64,000 nucleotides of DNA from Macrostomum hystrix (taxonomy: Eukaryota; Animalia; Platyhelminthes), in contig CATNEN010000025.1 in NCBI GenBank assembly GCA_950097015.1, positions 2,852,001 through 2,916,000 of the forward strand, read 5' to 3'. Below, piece by piece: positions 10,250 to 22,885 of the stretch. The notes under the pieces were generated by a model. The model saw only the letters and a list, made by a program, of their open reading frames with translations, ran no database searches and was not told where the DNA came from. Position 1 is the stretch's first letter; each line of letters opens with the position of its first letter. A program made the position numbers and the translations under genes.

Positions 10250-11879
10250 ATGTCAGTGATCAATAAATATGGCCAAAAGGCACAGTCGGTCGCGTCTGCT
10301 CTGCTCACTAGACCGTGCGCCTTTTTAGCTCTAGTTGCAGCTGTCACCTGTCTGCTGATTTTCAGCATAAACAGCTTGTTCCCATCCAGCAGTACTGAAA
10401 GGTTCAACTGCAAATCTTTGATGCGCAATCAGCAGTCAACGAATGCCAACTCGGCGCCAACAATTTTCCGATAAAACAACGGCATCATAAAGTTGAAGGA
10501 GACTCAACAACTGAAAAAAGCTAATCGGAGCTATCTGACAGGGTGCAGCGCGTCAGAACTCGAGAGCCTTTACGAGGATGTACTGCTGGAGCTGACATCG
10601 GAGTGCTCCACTAATCGCCGACTTGGTCGCACTGACGATGGCGGCTGGAATCTGTGCTTAACTGGACCATATTATCCAAAGGAGCCGTGCTTCAGCTTCT
10701 CCTTCGGAATTAACAACGTCTGGGAGTTCGACGACCAGGTGGCGAATGTGTTTCATTGTAACGTGATCACATTTGATCCGTCCATGCCCAATAGAAGCCA
10801 TGTTCGCAGCCAGCGAGTGCTGTTTCTTCAAGAGGGTCTCCGCGCAGCAAAGGGCACTTACAATTCCTGGCGTGTTGACAGCCTGCTAGGATTTTTGAGA
10901 CGCTTCAAAGCTGAAAACTACGTGATCGACATATTGAAGATTGACATCGACAGCTCTGAGTGGCCGGCCTTGGCCACAGCGGTTCGAGACGGGTCTCTGA
11001 AAAATGTTAAGCAGCTCCTGCTAGAGACGCATGTGGCCAAGATGGCTACTGTGCAGGACTACCTAGGCTACTTTGCCATTTTGGAAGCTCTCCACAGCCT
11101 TGGCTTTCGATTATGGCACTACAACTGGAATACATTCGGCCCGTTTTGTACGGCACGTTTTGTATGAGAGCCGGCACGACAGATCTCAGCGCACCTGCTG
11201 CCATGAGCTCTACTATATCAATGCTAACTTCCTGCAGGCAAACAGCTCCGAACTCGCCGCCAGAAACCCGAAGCAAGGCGACCCTACAATCGACTTGCGG
11301 GCCCTTTTACCTGTCTCCAAGACTGACGACTTCAAGAAGTTGGAGGCTCTTCGCCGAGTGGACCTGCAACACCAGACGGAGGAGCAGCTGGAGGACATGT
11401 ATTTTAAAATTGTCGAGCAGCAGCAAATCGAGTGTCCATTTAGCAAGCGAATCGGGGAAAGAGGTGACGGCGGCTGGGATGTCTGCTTTGCTAGTCCGTT
11501 CGACTTATCTCTGTCGACACCGTGTGTGGCCTTTTCTTTCGGCATCAACGGCATGTGGAACTACGACGATGAATTGGCTGAACGTTATCGCTGCAAAGTG
11601 TACATGTTCGATCCGAGCCTAGAACGGGCCTTCGAGGAAGGCTGCTTGAGCCAGGTGAAACAGCTGCTGTTTAAGTCGCACACTAGCGAGCTGCAGCGCC
11701 GCCACACTACAGACTATACGCGCCTGGTGCGAATCTGGCATGGCCTGTTCAACAGCGGCTTCCGCTCCTGGAAGTGGCGCAAGAACCCGGCATCGATCAG
11801 CTTCAAATCCAGAAGCGGAGCCAATCGAGCGTGCTGTTATGAGCACTACCTGCTGAATGCTAGACTGATCGAACTGTGA
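10250..11879 (+). pseudogene. METTL24-like (Methyltransf_22/FkbM-related) gene with an N-terminal signal anchor and two tandem methyltransferase domains; disrupted
   Basis: Hydrophobic N-terminus (CAFLALVAAVTCLLIFSI). Domain 1: RLGRTDDGGWNLC, FSFGINNVWEFDD, FDPS, IDILKIDIDSSEW, VKQLLLETH. Domain 2: RIGERGDGGWDVC, FSFGINGMWNYDD, FDPS, VKQLLFKSH. There is an in-frame TAA at 10472-10474 and a frameshift near 11140-11165, and domain 2 lacks the DILKID segment. Confidence 0.75.
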
Positions 11880-12180
11880 GACTGAATCAATGAATGCTGC
11901 ATGAGCACTACCTGAATACTAGACTGATCGAACTGTGAGACTGAATCGATGAGTGCTGCATGAGCACTATCTGAATACTAGACTGGTCGAACTGTGAGAC
12001 TGAATCGATGAGTGCTGCATGAGCACTACCTGCTGAATGCTAGACTGATCGAACTGTGAGACTGAATCAGTGAGTGCTGTTATGAGCACTGTGAGACTGA
12101 ATCGATGAGTGCTGCATGAGCACTACCTGCTGAATGCTAGACTGATCCAACTGTGAGACTGAATCGATGAGTCTGAGTCT
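11835..12180 (+). repeat. 59-63-bp tandem repeat derived from the last codons and stop of the methyltransferase gene
   Basis: gagcacta... units start at 11841, 11903, 11962, 12021, 12084 (short) and 12118. Confidence 0.9.
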
Positions 12181-12254
12181 GCAAAATTTAATGTAGTCCG
12201 CAGTATGCTCTATTCGTACATTTTTTGAGAAAATTAAGCATCGGGTTTCATCTC

Positions 12255-12605
12255 GCCCGTATCTCATCTCTTCCTGTCTTATCTCCCCATCTCATCTCTC
12301 CCTTGTCTCATCTCTCCCTAGTCTTATCACTCACGTTTCTTATATCTCTCATCCTCTTTCCAGTCTTATCTCTCGGTGTCTCATCTCTCCCGTGTCTCAT
12401 TCGCGTTTTATGTGTACCGTATCTCATCTCTCCGTTCTCATCTTTTCTATCTCTCATCTCTCTCTTGTCTTCACCTCGACAGGTGTATCATCTTTTCCTT
12501 GTCTTGTCTCTTCCCTCTCTCATCTCCATGTCTCTTCCGTATTTCCTGTCTACCGTATCTCATCTCCCATTTCTCATCTCTCTTGTCTCTCATCTCTCTC
12601 GTTTA
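12255..12605. repeat. Pyrimidine-rich (TCTCA/TCTCT) low-complexity tract
   Basis: Degenerate tctcatctct repeats. Confidence 0.8.
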
Positions 12606-14238
12606 CCAACTCGTCCATCAATCCGGTGCAGTTTATCAATTACCTTTTCTGTCCTCAAGGCACATAATGAGGCCGATCACTGCCTCTTTGATTGTCTAGG
12701 CGTTTTGCTCGTGTCTATATCCATAATTAACGCACTAAGTGCAGTTATAAAGTCCCCGTTTTTATCTTAATGTACGAGTATATTAAACAGTAACAGAGCA
12801 ACAGACAGTGCAAGAAAGAGCAAGCCGAAACATTTAATTGTTAACCATTTTTAGTCAGGAACATCGATCTTACATCAGCTGTATAAATTCAAGAGCTGAT
12901 CTTCGTTAAATGAAAATGTTACGCATTCACTTTATCTTTGCTTTCTTATACTCGTAAATTGGCATGTTTTTACAGTTACGTTGAAATACAATCGCTAGAG
13001 GAAACTCCAAGCTCTAAAGCCCTAGGCAAGCTCTTAATTCTTTTGGTTGAATTTTAGACTGGAGAAGTCAGGCATGCAGTTTGCGCCAGAAAAGAAAATC
13101 GAGAGGAAAAAGCTGGTCCTTCCAGCTTGGGTAGCTTAGCTGTGGGTCGAACTCGAACACCAGCCCCTCTTGCCCATTTCCCGACACACTTTTCTATCCT
13201 CTCAAGCCTTTCCTCTCCAGACAGCCTGTAATTGGCGATGGTTCGGAGCGCTGCCTGCCAAGATGAATGTACCAACAACCAAAACCAACACCAACGTGAA
13301 CCAACACCCTCTGTTAACACGTTTACATGCGTTACTGTCGTCGATTAATTGCGAATCACTTAGCATTGGCAAAATAGACGCAGTTTTGGCAAAATTAGTC
13401 GCTGAAAGTTTAATGTCAATGGGTTTAACTTCGCAGAAGCGAGAGGGAATTTGAGCGGTTTTCCTCTAGTCTGGCAAAATTGATTGCCGTTTTGGCAAAC
13501 TAGGTTGCAAAAAGGGATATTATTTGCACAAAAAAAACAATTCAAAGGAAGTATTACAAATGCAAAAAATAGCAAAAAAATATTTTACCACTACGCAACG
13601 CGAGATGGACAAGCTGGGCACAAGTAGGTGCCCGCTTAGATAAACCCAGCACAAGGCGGTGGGGTGGGTGCCTGGGGTGGGTGTTTACACCCAATCAGCG
13701 AGCGCCAATTGGACACAACTACGAGTAATTTGACATTTGATGATGTCATCAAGGAGATTGAAAGTACATACAGCACTATCTTAAACTAGATTCAGTGAAA
13801 ACTGATAAGGTATTTCAATTCAATCTGACGTCACTAACCACCGAGGATTTATTGATTTATTAATAACGGGATTTATTGAATCCTTTATGTGATAACTTTC
13901 CTACAGAAAAAAAATAGCAGCGTTTAATTCTCATTTGCGAAGCGCTCGTTTTTCCATAGAAATTTAAATCGTTTGTACTTGCAGAGGATTAATGCGCATG
14001 CAAATTTACCTGTTCCTGTAGCAGGACATCATTATTTCAACATTTCGATGTCTTATTCCCTATTTTATAAAAAAAGTCTAATTATTCCGCGATTTGATGT
14101 TTTAATCACGTTTCTTGGAAACTCAAACAGGCTTAATTTCCGGCCAAGGATTTAACCAACTTCGGATATTATTAGCTAACATCAGATTGGATATGTTTAA
14201 CACCAGTCTAAAAACTTCCCTGTCTCCTCCCGCTAAAG

Positions 14239-14823
14239 GCCATCCTGAGGTCGCCAGAGTTCAGCTGCGTCAGCTACAAGATGAACGCCATCCTGACAAC
14301 CGGTCACTTTGTGCTGGTGTGCCTGCTGCCCATCGCTGTGGTGCTGCTCGGCACCTGCCTGTCGGTACTCGGACTCAGGCGCACCAGCTTCGCTGTGAAT
14401 CGCTACGTAAGAGCTCGCAGAATTCTCCTACTTACCTGCGTCACCTTTGTGGCACTGGAGGTGCCCTACGCAGCGGCCGGACTCATCCAGTTGGCAATGC
14501 CGGCCTCCATCGTCGAGGATCCGTTCAGAAGAGACCAGCTGAGCCTGGCCATAGACGCTGGGCAGCTGCTGTGCGGCTTCAACTCCACCGTGATCCTCTG
14601 CCTGTACGCCTTGTCAAATCGGGCCGCCTGGCAGCAGGTGGTTCTGGCGTTACGTCGAGTCTTTCGCTGCTGCAGACGCTTCGATGGCCGCCGTCTAGGC
14701 CTCGGCGGCGGTTTTGGTAGAAGCGGAGGTGTCAAAATCGGCAGCGGAGTCAGCGGCGGCCTGGACGTGTCGATGGCTGAGATTCGACTCGCGCACGTTC
14801 CTGAAACGGCTGTGTCGGTTTGA
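14239..14823 (+). CDS. Probable last exon (TM5-TM7 and C-tail) of a class A GPCR
   Basis: Acceptor ctcccgctaaag| at 14238, phase 0. Three hydrophobic helices: FVLVCLLPIAVVLLG, ILLLTCVTFVALEVP and LLCGFNSTVILCLY followed by a basic helix 8. Upstream exons were not identified. Confidence 0.6.
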   Translation, partial: AILRSPEFSCVSYKMNAILTTGHFVLVCLLPIAVVLLGTCLSVLGLRRTSFAVNRYVRARRILLLTCVTFVALEVPYAAAGLIQLAMPASIVEDPFRRDQLSLAIDAGQLLCGFNSTVILCLYALSNRAAWQQVVLALRRVFRCCRRFDGRRLGLGGGFGRSGGVKIGSGVSGGLDVSMAEIRLAHVPETAVSV

Positions 14824-15378
14824 GCTCAATTTGCAACGGACACAATTTGAGCTCTGCGGCGCGCGGAACCACACCAGACTATTTCGATTTGTTTTTACTC
14901 GATCATCGTAAAATATTTCTGGTTGTGTAATTGGTTCGTTGTCTCCCCGCAACTGTGGTGTATGTCAGGCAAAATACCAAATGCATTCGCAATCATTGCT
15001 AGCCTAACTCATTTTACAATTCTGAATTTCGTATCAATGTCGTATCAAAAAACACTGTTTGTTTTTAAACCTGATAAAAAGTAGCCTTTTGTCAAGATTT
15101 AGCAGTTTAGTGAAATTTATTGTCGCCTCTCTATCAGGGCTATCTCTTTCTTAGAATCGCTGGCTCTATTTGTATCATTTTCCGTGCTCCAGTCACAATT
15201 AATATGCACATATTTGAATGAAATATTATATGCACTATGTTTATGCCTTTACCATCAGCATGCTTTCGATTTTCTCCCTACAATGCTAGGCTTTTTTGTT
15301 GCCTAGTATTTAGCCTAGAATAATAATAATAATAATAATAGCAAGAGGGCTGCAATTCGGTGTCATTATTCGGTGACA

Positions 15379-15455
15379 CTAGATCCGCAGCCAGCGAGGA
15401 GGCAATTCTGCCCTTTTCGCTGACTCCTGAGCACACACGCACACAGAAACTGTAC
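15379..15455 (-). mobile_element. Dispersed repeat, 3' end (CTAG-terminated, Helitron-like)
   Basis: Nearly identical to 32718-32790. On the minus strand it ends gcctcctcgctggctgcggatCTAG|T. Confidence 0.55.
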
Positions 15456-16177
15456 GCAGGCATACACTCACACAGGGTGGCTCACCCTGGAAATGGCTCA
15501 CCTTTTCGAGGAAGTAACTCTTGTCTGTTGCAGAGGTATTTTCAAAGTTTCATAGGGTGTTTTAGGGATTTAGGAAATCCAAAAAATGTTAGGAGGCTTT
15601 CAATTATTCATATTTTACTGTTGTAGGAGTTTACCTTGACCGATGAACTCATTGTCCTAGGAAGAGACTTCACATATTGCACATAAATACTCATATTTTT
15701 AATACTTTTGTACTGCAGGGCACGCCCATGCAATACGAAATGAAATATAACTGTTTATTGAAGTTCTGAGGTCTAAAAGAAGTACCTATGTACTCGTAGT
15801 ACATAAAAAATGACTTACCACTCACAGATTGAATCAAACGATGAGCTAGGAGCTTTAGAGCTGACGTCGGATTTCACGATGATGGAAATATTTTTTACGG
15901 TTGACCAGTTTACATAGATTATTATTCAACTGCTTCTCTGTTCTCAAGCTGTGTGTAAAAATATGTTGTTTCAACATAAAGCAACACGAAAGCCATGAGC
16001 ATTGCACTCGTACGCTACACTATCTAAACAAGAGCCTTGTTTAAAAAATAATTACAGAGAACTGTTATGCGATCATTTGAATTAGCTAGTATTCGTACCT
16101 CTAGAACATTTTCTGACTTATCAGAGTTGCTTTAATCTGAGTCGATTCGGATTAGAACTGGTTCCGCTTGACAACAA

Positions 16178-16241
16178 CCAGCCAAGTGGTTAGAGCTTCA
16201 AACTTCTGACAGAGTGAGGTCGGGAGTTCGTATCTCAGCCC
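16178..16241 (+). other. Degenerate tRNA-derived sequence (SINE head or tRNA pseudogene)
   Basis: A-box-like agccaagtggttagagc and B-box-like gagttcgtatctc. No intact cloverleaf. Confidence 0.5.
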
Positions 16242-16349
16242 AATGAAAACTATTTGTTTTCAAGACTGCAAGAGACTGCACTTAATTTGCTAGTGTTTTA
16301 GTTGACCCAGTTCAGTAAACATGATATAAGACTATCAAGCGGGGTTATG

Positions 16350-16630
16350 GGCCTGTGGCAGAGTGGTTAACGTGTTCGCACCAAGGTCCCTAAGCTCGAT
16401 TCCGCGGCGAGGCCACATTCATTTGGGGCGCAGCCGCGGAGAGAAGGCTTGGGGGCTTGTCGTGCAATTTACGCCCTTGAGAGCCAACCTCCAAGATACA
16501 GTGAAAGTGTGCACTGCATGACGATGAGAAAGTTGGGGCAGATGTACACACCTGTGTGAGCGTGTGCCATGCGTATGGTGTCTGCGTGCGTGCGTGCTCA
16601 GGAGTCAGCAAAATGGGCATGTCAACAAAT
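16350..16630 (+). mobile_element. tRNA-derived head plus body of the same repeat family as 15379 and 32718, 3'-truncated
   Basis: ggcct...aggcca acceptor-stem remnant (16350-16415), A-box-like gagtggttaa, gctcgattcc, then catttggggcg, cagatgtacacacc and gtgctcaggagtca blocks shared with 32718-32915. Confidence 0.6.
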
Positions 16631-18548
16631 GTTCTGCCATTGCCCGCAGTCCTCCTACAATAAAAAATCAGCTGGGGTAGAAAGTAGAAAGAATGAATTT
16701 CCAGTCCATGGACTGAACATCTATACACACAGCTATAGCGCAATAGCTGCGGCTGTATTATTGGCTGTACATCTGGGCTAGACGTACAGATGTATAGACC
16801 CTCGTATATTGACATACTTCTCAGTTCTGCTTATTTACCAGAGCTGTCACCAGAGCTGATTACTGGATTGAGCTTTGCAATTTAAGGTTTCTCTATAACC
16901 TCAATGATAAAGACGAGAGAAAGCACTGGGACACTGTGAGCACATAATATCTAAAGCTAATGCATAAAGAAATGTAGGAAAGCAATCGACTGATAAACTA
17001 ACTATAGGACTAGTAAAAAATGTTTTAGTCCATTTCTTCCAGACGTGCTACTGAAATAACCGTATTTCTCTTTGTAATTTAACATTAGACTTATAAAATA
17101 GGCGAAATTCGACAGTCTCTCATTATTGGGTATATTATATGCAACAGAGCACTAGCTAGCTGCAAGTCTCAATCACTTGTTTCGAATTGTGTAGTTGCTA
17201 GTTGTGTAGTATTGGTTGTTCATTTTAACATAATGTAACGACTATTCGTGTTTGCGTGTTGAGATTCTCGTACCAATGGCATAATTTATTATTTATTCGA
17301 CTAGTAAGAATATTAACAGACATTGAAATCAAAGACATCGCAATCCTCTGCCAAGGTGCAGAGGCGCAGGTAAACCTACTTCTGCGCTGTCAGCAGTTTG
17401 TCTACATCGGTGATCTGGTACCCGACGTCCGCGAAGATCTACGGTGTTGACGCAGGCTTGCCTGGGCAGCTTAAAGAAATGCTGGCAACAACCAGAAGAG
17501 ACAATTAACAGACATCCAACGTGTACATCCAAGGATATCGACTAGTGGACCCATTAGGACTGTGCGCAAGATGTCAAGATCGAGATTTCGCAATCTTTCA
17601 AGCCCTTTACTTCCAAGCAAGACAGACACAGAAGCAAAGCACAGGCTGCTTTACGTGTACAGTTACCGTCTGATGCGTGTAGTGTTCCGATGCATCAGCG
17701 CAGACTTTTTTGGCCAAAAAATTGCTACAACCCGGAGAAGCCGTGCACTTCCTCCTGTAGCGACTGCACGCTTTTAGACTGAATTTCTCCCAGATTTCTC
17801 CCCTGAATTGTTAAGGCAAGTGGAGCAATCTACTTCTTCCTCACTCGATCCATCGCGTGCCGACCCTGCGTGGTCGGAGGCGGAAGGGCTAGCAGGAGTT
17901 TTCTCTAATCCCCAACATTCCTGACGTTTTTTGTCTTACAGGCCCAGCAGCAGTATCAAGGCCAGGAGTTCCGCTGCTGCTCGAATATTGGAACGCTTAC
18001 AAGCCTAAAAGTCCACGACTTACAGCTCGCGAGTCTCATTCAATCGCTATGGCAGCTTGTAGGCATGTTTAGCTCTGATCGCAATTCATCGCATGCTGAA
18101 AAGCTATAGAATTCAGAGCTCAAAGTCAATTATATCCTGCGTAACCTCCGACTAAACTCCCACAGGAGGCCGAACTAGGAAAAAAGCAACAAAAATTATG
18201 AATAGCAGTAGCTGCACAGGTTAAGCTTGGCTATTAATAGAACCTAACCAGCGCCCAATCAATAGCGGATAATCCCATTCTGATCCGGATTGATATGAGA
18301 TCGGACTCCTGATTTTTCTTATCTGGCTTTAAAATGATTGACCCCGTGCAAATCTGCGGATGCTGTTGCTGCGAAAGCCGGATAAAAAATTCTAGACCAT
18401 GTGCTAACATATTGCTGTTAGCTTTCTGAAACAATAAGCAGGCCTCCACTGTTTATAAGGTCGACAATTCTTAAATGTTTTTTTAATATTTTCCACTAGC
18501 GATACTGCATCCAGTACATTTCTGCACGCCAATCAGCATTACTAGACA

Positions 18549-19165
18549 TTAAACGTTTTACCGAGTGTTCAAACATTTTACCGAGTGTTTAAACGTTTAC
18601 CAAGCGCTTAAACATTTTATCGAGTGTTTAAACATTTTACCAAGCGCTTAAGCATTTAACCGAGCGTTCAAACAATTTAGCAAGCGCTTAAGCATTTTAC
18701 CGAGTGTTTAAACATTTTACCGAGTGTTTAAACTTTTACCAAGCGCTTAAACATTTTACCAAGCGTTCAAACATTTTACCAAGCGTTCAAACATTTTACC
18801 AAGCGTTTAAACATTTTACCAAGCGTTTAAACATTTTACCAAGCGTTCAAACAGTTTACCAAGCGTTCAAACAGTTTACCAAGCGTTCAAACAGTTTACC
18901 AAGCGTTCAAACAGTTTACCAAGCGTTCAAACAGTTTACCAAGCGTTCAAACAGTTTACCTAGCGTTCAAGCAGTTTACCTAGCGTTCAAACAGTTTACC
19001 AAGCGTTCAAACAGTTTACCAAGCGTTTAAACAGTTTACCAAGCGTTCAAACAGTTTACCTAGCGTTCAAGCAGTTTACCTAGCGTTCAAACATTTTACC
19101 TAGCGTTCAAACAGTTTACCTAGCGTTTAAACATTTTACCAAGCGTTCAAACATTTTACCAAGCA
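18549..19165. repeat. 20-bp satellite (AAGCGTTCAAACA(T/G)TTTACC), about 31 copies; left flank of the Helitron chain
   Basis: Visible tandem repeat with a sequence gradient. Confidence 0.95.
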
Positions 19166-20084
19166 TCCAACTATACTAAATCTCTAAAGTCTGTCTGTCT
19201 GTCTGTCTGTGGAATTTCGATACACAGGCTAAATGCCTCAACCAAATTTGATCGCGTTTTTTGCTAAACATGCCAAATTTTACTGGCATGAGACCTTGAA
19301 AATTTCGTTAGTCTGCTTCAATGCTAACAATATTAAATATTCGAAAAACGAGTTTTCCTATTGCTTTCAATAGGAGGCCAAACAAGGTTAAATTAGAATA
19401 GGGCCGGACACTGTCAGCTTTATTAGATTGCATCGGTGCTTTTTCTCGCCCGCGCGTGCATTGGTATAGCACTGAACAGGGCCCGATACTCTCAATTGAA
19501 TAGGATTGCGTCACTGCTTTTCGACCCGTACGTACGTTTATAAATTTGTCTCTTGGCTGATCGAGTGATTTGATTTAAATACGCAAACCGTACATAGCAG
19601 ATTTCATGATTGGGCTTTTATGATGCTCAATGCTAGCGAGACCTCTCCTCCTCCTTTCTATCCATAAAACTGCAGCCTTTCTATTGTCAAACCTTGTCTC
19701 GACTTCGATCATTGTGCCGCTTTCTTTTCATCTAGCTCCGAAGTAAAGTACTTTAATGCTATTGTAGAATGCAGGTAGAATTTCAGCATCGGTTTTGTTA
19801 CTGCTTCTTTTTCTTCTAATCTTCTAAACATCAGCAGTTAAAAACGTAAGTTCCTGTTTATTAGTATTTTTTGGGCATTTTTGGGTTCGAGTATAAATAC
19901 GAGTAAGTAAGTAAGCGATTTTGGTTAGCTACTGTCGAAGCAGATATTTGTTAGCTTTATTATTCCTGTACTCGCTTTCAGAAAATAGTATTCGTTTTCG
20001 AGTAAAGCAGCAAGTTTTATTCGATAATAAAACTTAGGAAATATTTTTTGTGCATAGCTGCAGGCGCTATCACAATTGAGCTTA

Positions 20085-20285
20085 AATCATGGCTAAACCA
20101 GAGTCTGAATCATGGCTAAATTTACGTTTGAATCATGGCAAAACCAGAGTTTGAATAATGGCTAAACAAGAGTTTGAATCATGGCTAAACCAGCGTTTGA
20201 ATCATGGCCAACCAGCGTCTGAATCATGGCTAAACCAGAGTTTATATCATGGCTAAACCAGAGTTTGAATCAAAGATAAACCAGA
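20085..20285. repeat. 23-bp satellite (AATCATGGCTAAACCAGAGTYTG), about 9 copies
   Basis: Same monomer as 58257-62748. Confidence 0.9.
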
Positions 20286-20950
20286 ACTGGGGGATAATCG
20301 TCAACTGTGGGATAATTGTAAACTGGGGAATCATCATCAAATGGGGATCATGGTCAACTGGGAGATCATTGTCAACTGGGTGATCATCATCAACTGGGGG
20401 ATCATTGTCAACTAGGGGGTAATAGCCAACTGGGGTAACATTGTCAACTGGGGATCATCATCAATGGGGGATCATAGTCAACTGGGAGATAATTGTCAAC
20501 TGGGTGATCATCATCAACTGGGGGATCATTGTAACCTGGGGGATCAATGTCAACTGGGGGATCATTGTCAACTGGGTGATTATCTTCAACTGGTGGATCA
20601 TTGTCAACTGTGGGATCATTGTCAACTGGGGGATCATTGTCAACTGGTGGATCATTATCAACTGGGGGATCATTGTCAACTGTGGGATCATTGTCAACTT
20701 GGGGAACATTGTCAACTGGGGGATCATCATCAACTGGGGGATCATTGTCAACTGGGGAATCATTGTCGACTGGGGGACCATTGTCAACTGGGGGATCATT
20801 GTCCCAGATCATTGTCAACTGGGGGATCATTGTCAACTGGGGGATCATTGTCAACTGGGGGATCATCATCAACTGGGAATCATTGTCGACTGAGGGACCA
20901 TTGTCAACCGGGGGATCATTATCAACTGGGGGATCATTGTCAACTGATCA
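20286..20950. repeat. 18-bp satellite (ACTGGGGGATCATTGTCA), about 37 copies
   Basis: Tandem repeat; same monomer as 62755-63135. Confidence 0.95.
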
Positions 20951-21048
20951 TTGTAGCGTAAAAAAGGCTAAAAATACAGCTGCTAAAAAGTGTATACTGG
21001 ACGAATTAAAAATATTTCTGCTCCCCGAAGGGGGGCAAAACTTGCTAG

Positions 21049-21071
21049 TCTAATATACTAAAAATGAAAAT

Positions 21072-21104
<33 letters not shown>

Positions 21105-22142
21105 CTTCTATTATATCTTATATACTAAAAATGAAAATCTTGCTTGCTTGCTTGCTTGTTTGCAATCGACTAGCTCCCGAACGGCTCAACCGATTTTCGC
21201 AATTCCTTCGCTAAAAGATCACAATTGGTCCCGAATCGGTACACGTATTTTTATTAAGCTTAATTTCATTGCCAAGGGGATTAAATATTCGAAAAACAGT
21301 TTTAAATAGGCTTTTCTAATGCATTCTTGTTTTCAGCTTGTGCACAGTGAGGCTCCAGTGCCAATTTTAATGATTGCATCAGAGCCAGTTTTGATAACGA
21401 ACTGATAAGAACTCACAGGGAGGCTACCCAGAGGGTAGCGAAGGCAGCTAGTCTAATATACTAAAAATGAAAATCTTGCTTGCTTGTTTGCAATCGACTA
21501 GCTCCCGAACGGCTCAACCGATTTTCACAATTCCTTCACCAAAAGATCACAAATGGGCCGGAATCGGTACACGTATTTTTATTAAGCTTAATTCCATTGC
21601 CAAGGGGATTAAATATTCGAAAAACAGTTTTAAATAGGCTTTTCTAATGCATTCTTGTTTTCAGCTTGTGCACAGTGAGGCTCCAGTGCCAACTTTAATG
21701 ATTGCATCAGAGCCAGTTTTGATAACGAACTGATAAGAACTCCAGTGAGGCTACCCAGAGGGTAGCGAAGGCAGCTAGTCTAATATACTAAAAATGAAAA
21801 TCTTGCTTGTATGTTTGTTTGCAATCGACTAGCTCCCGAACGGCTCAACCGATTTTCAAAATTCCTTCGCCAAAAGATCACAAATGGGCCGGAATCGGTA
21901 CACGTAATTTTATTAAGCTTAATTCCATTGCCAAGGGGATTAAATATTCGAAAAACTGTTTTAAATAGGCTTTTCTAATGCATTCTTGTTTTCAGCTTGT
22001 GCACAGTGAGGCCTCCAGTGCCAATTTTAATGATTGCATCAGAGCCAGTTTTGATAACGCACGCGCGTACTGATAAGAACTCACAGGGAGGCTACCCAGA
22101 GGGTAGCGAAGGCAGCTAGTCTAATATACTAAAAATGAAAAT

Positions 22143-22175
<33 letters not shown>

Positions 22176-22885
22176 CTTCTATTATATCTATCTTCTTTTA
22201 ATATACTAAAAATGAAAATCTTGCTTGTTTGCAATCGACTAGCTCCCGAACGGCTCAACCGATTTTCGCAATTCCTTCGCCAAAAGATCACAATTGGTCC
22301 CGAATCGGTACACGTATTTTTATTAAGCTTAATTTCATTGCTAAGGGGATTAAATATTCGAAAAACTGTTTTAAATAGGCTTTTCTAATGCATTCTTGTT
22401 TTCAGCTTGTGCACAGTGAGGCCTCCAGTGCCAAATTTAATGATTGCATCAGAGCCAGTTTTGATAACGCACGCGCGTACTGATAAGAACTCACAGGGAG
22501 GCTACCCAGAGGGTAGCGAAGGCAGCTAGTCTTCTTATATACTAAAAATGAAAATCTTGCTTGCTTGCTTGCTTGCTTGTATGTTTGCAATCGACTAGCT
22601 CCCGAACGGCTCAACCGATTATCGCAATTCCTTCGCTAAAAGATCACAATTGGTCCCGAATCGGTACACGTATTTTTATTAAGCTTAATTCCATTGCCAA
22701 GGGGATTAAATATTCAAAAAACTGTTTTAAATAGGCTTTTCTAATGCATTCTTGTTTTCAGCTTGTGCACAGTGAGGCCTCCAGTGCCAAATTTAATGAT
22801 TGCATCAGAGCCAGTTTTGATAACGCACGCGCGTACTGATAAGAACTCACAGGGAGGCTACCCAGAGGGTAGCGAAGGCAGCTAG
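21049..22885 (+). mobile_element. Units 2-6: five tandem mini-Helitrons (327-410 bp; 5' type A, 3' type a)
   Basis: Each begins TC(TTC)T(A/T)ATATACTAAAAATGAAAATC, then (TGCT)n and CGGCTCAACCGATT, and ends GCTACCC-AGA-GGGTAGC-gaaggcag-CTAG. Confidence 0.92.

Larger units (their letters stand above)
19166..21048 (+). mobile_element. Unit 1: non-autonomous Helitron (5' type D, 3' type b)
   Basis: 5' TC, TATACTAAA and (GTCT)n; 3' GCTCCCC-GAA-GGGGGGC hairpin, 8 nt, CTAG. Confidence 0.85.

Noticed and set aside
12225-12770. Hydrophobic 181-aa Leu/Ser-rich ORF
   Set aside because: Translation of the TC-rich low-complexity tract.
13054-13320. Minus-strand ORF faintly resembling a LINE RT thumb segment (LERIEKCVGKW)
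   Set aside because: Too short, with no flanking RT motifs.
16178-16415. Functional tRNA genes
   Set aside because: Stems do not close and the anticodon arm is missing or unassignable; treated as tRNA-derived repeats.
17256-18450. GC-balanced, coding-like stretches that may be a decayed retroelement
   Set aside because: No family motif recognised; cannot be supported without a search.
20441-21053. ORFs (QLGDHC)n, (NWGIIV)n and (PVDNDP)n, also at 62706-63234
   Set aside because: Artefacts of the 18-bp satellite.
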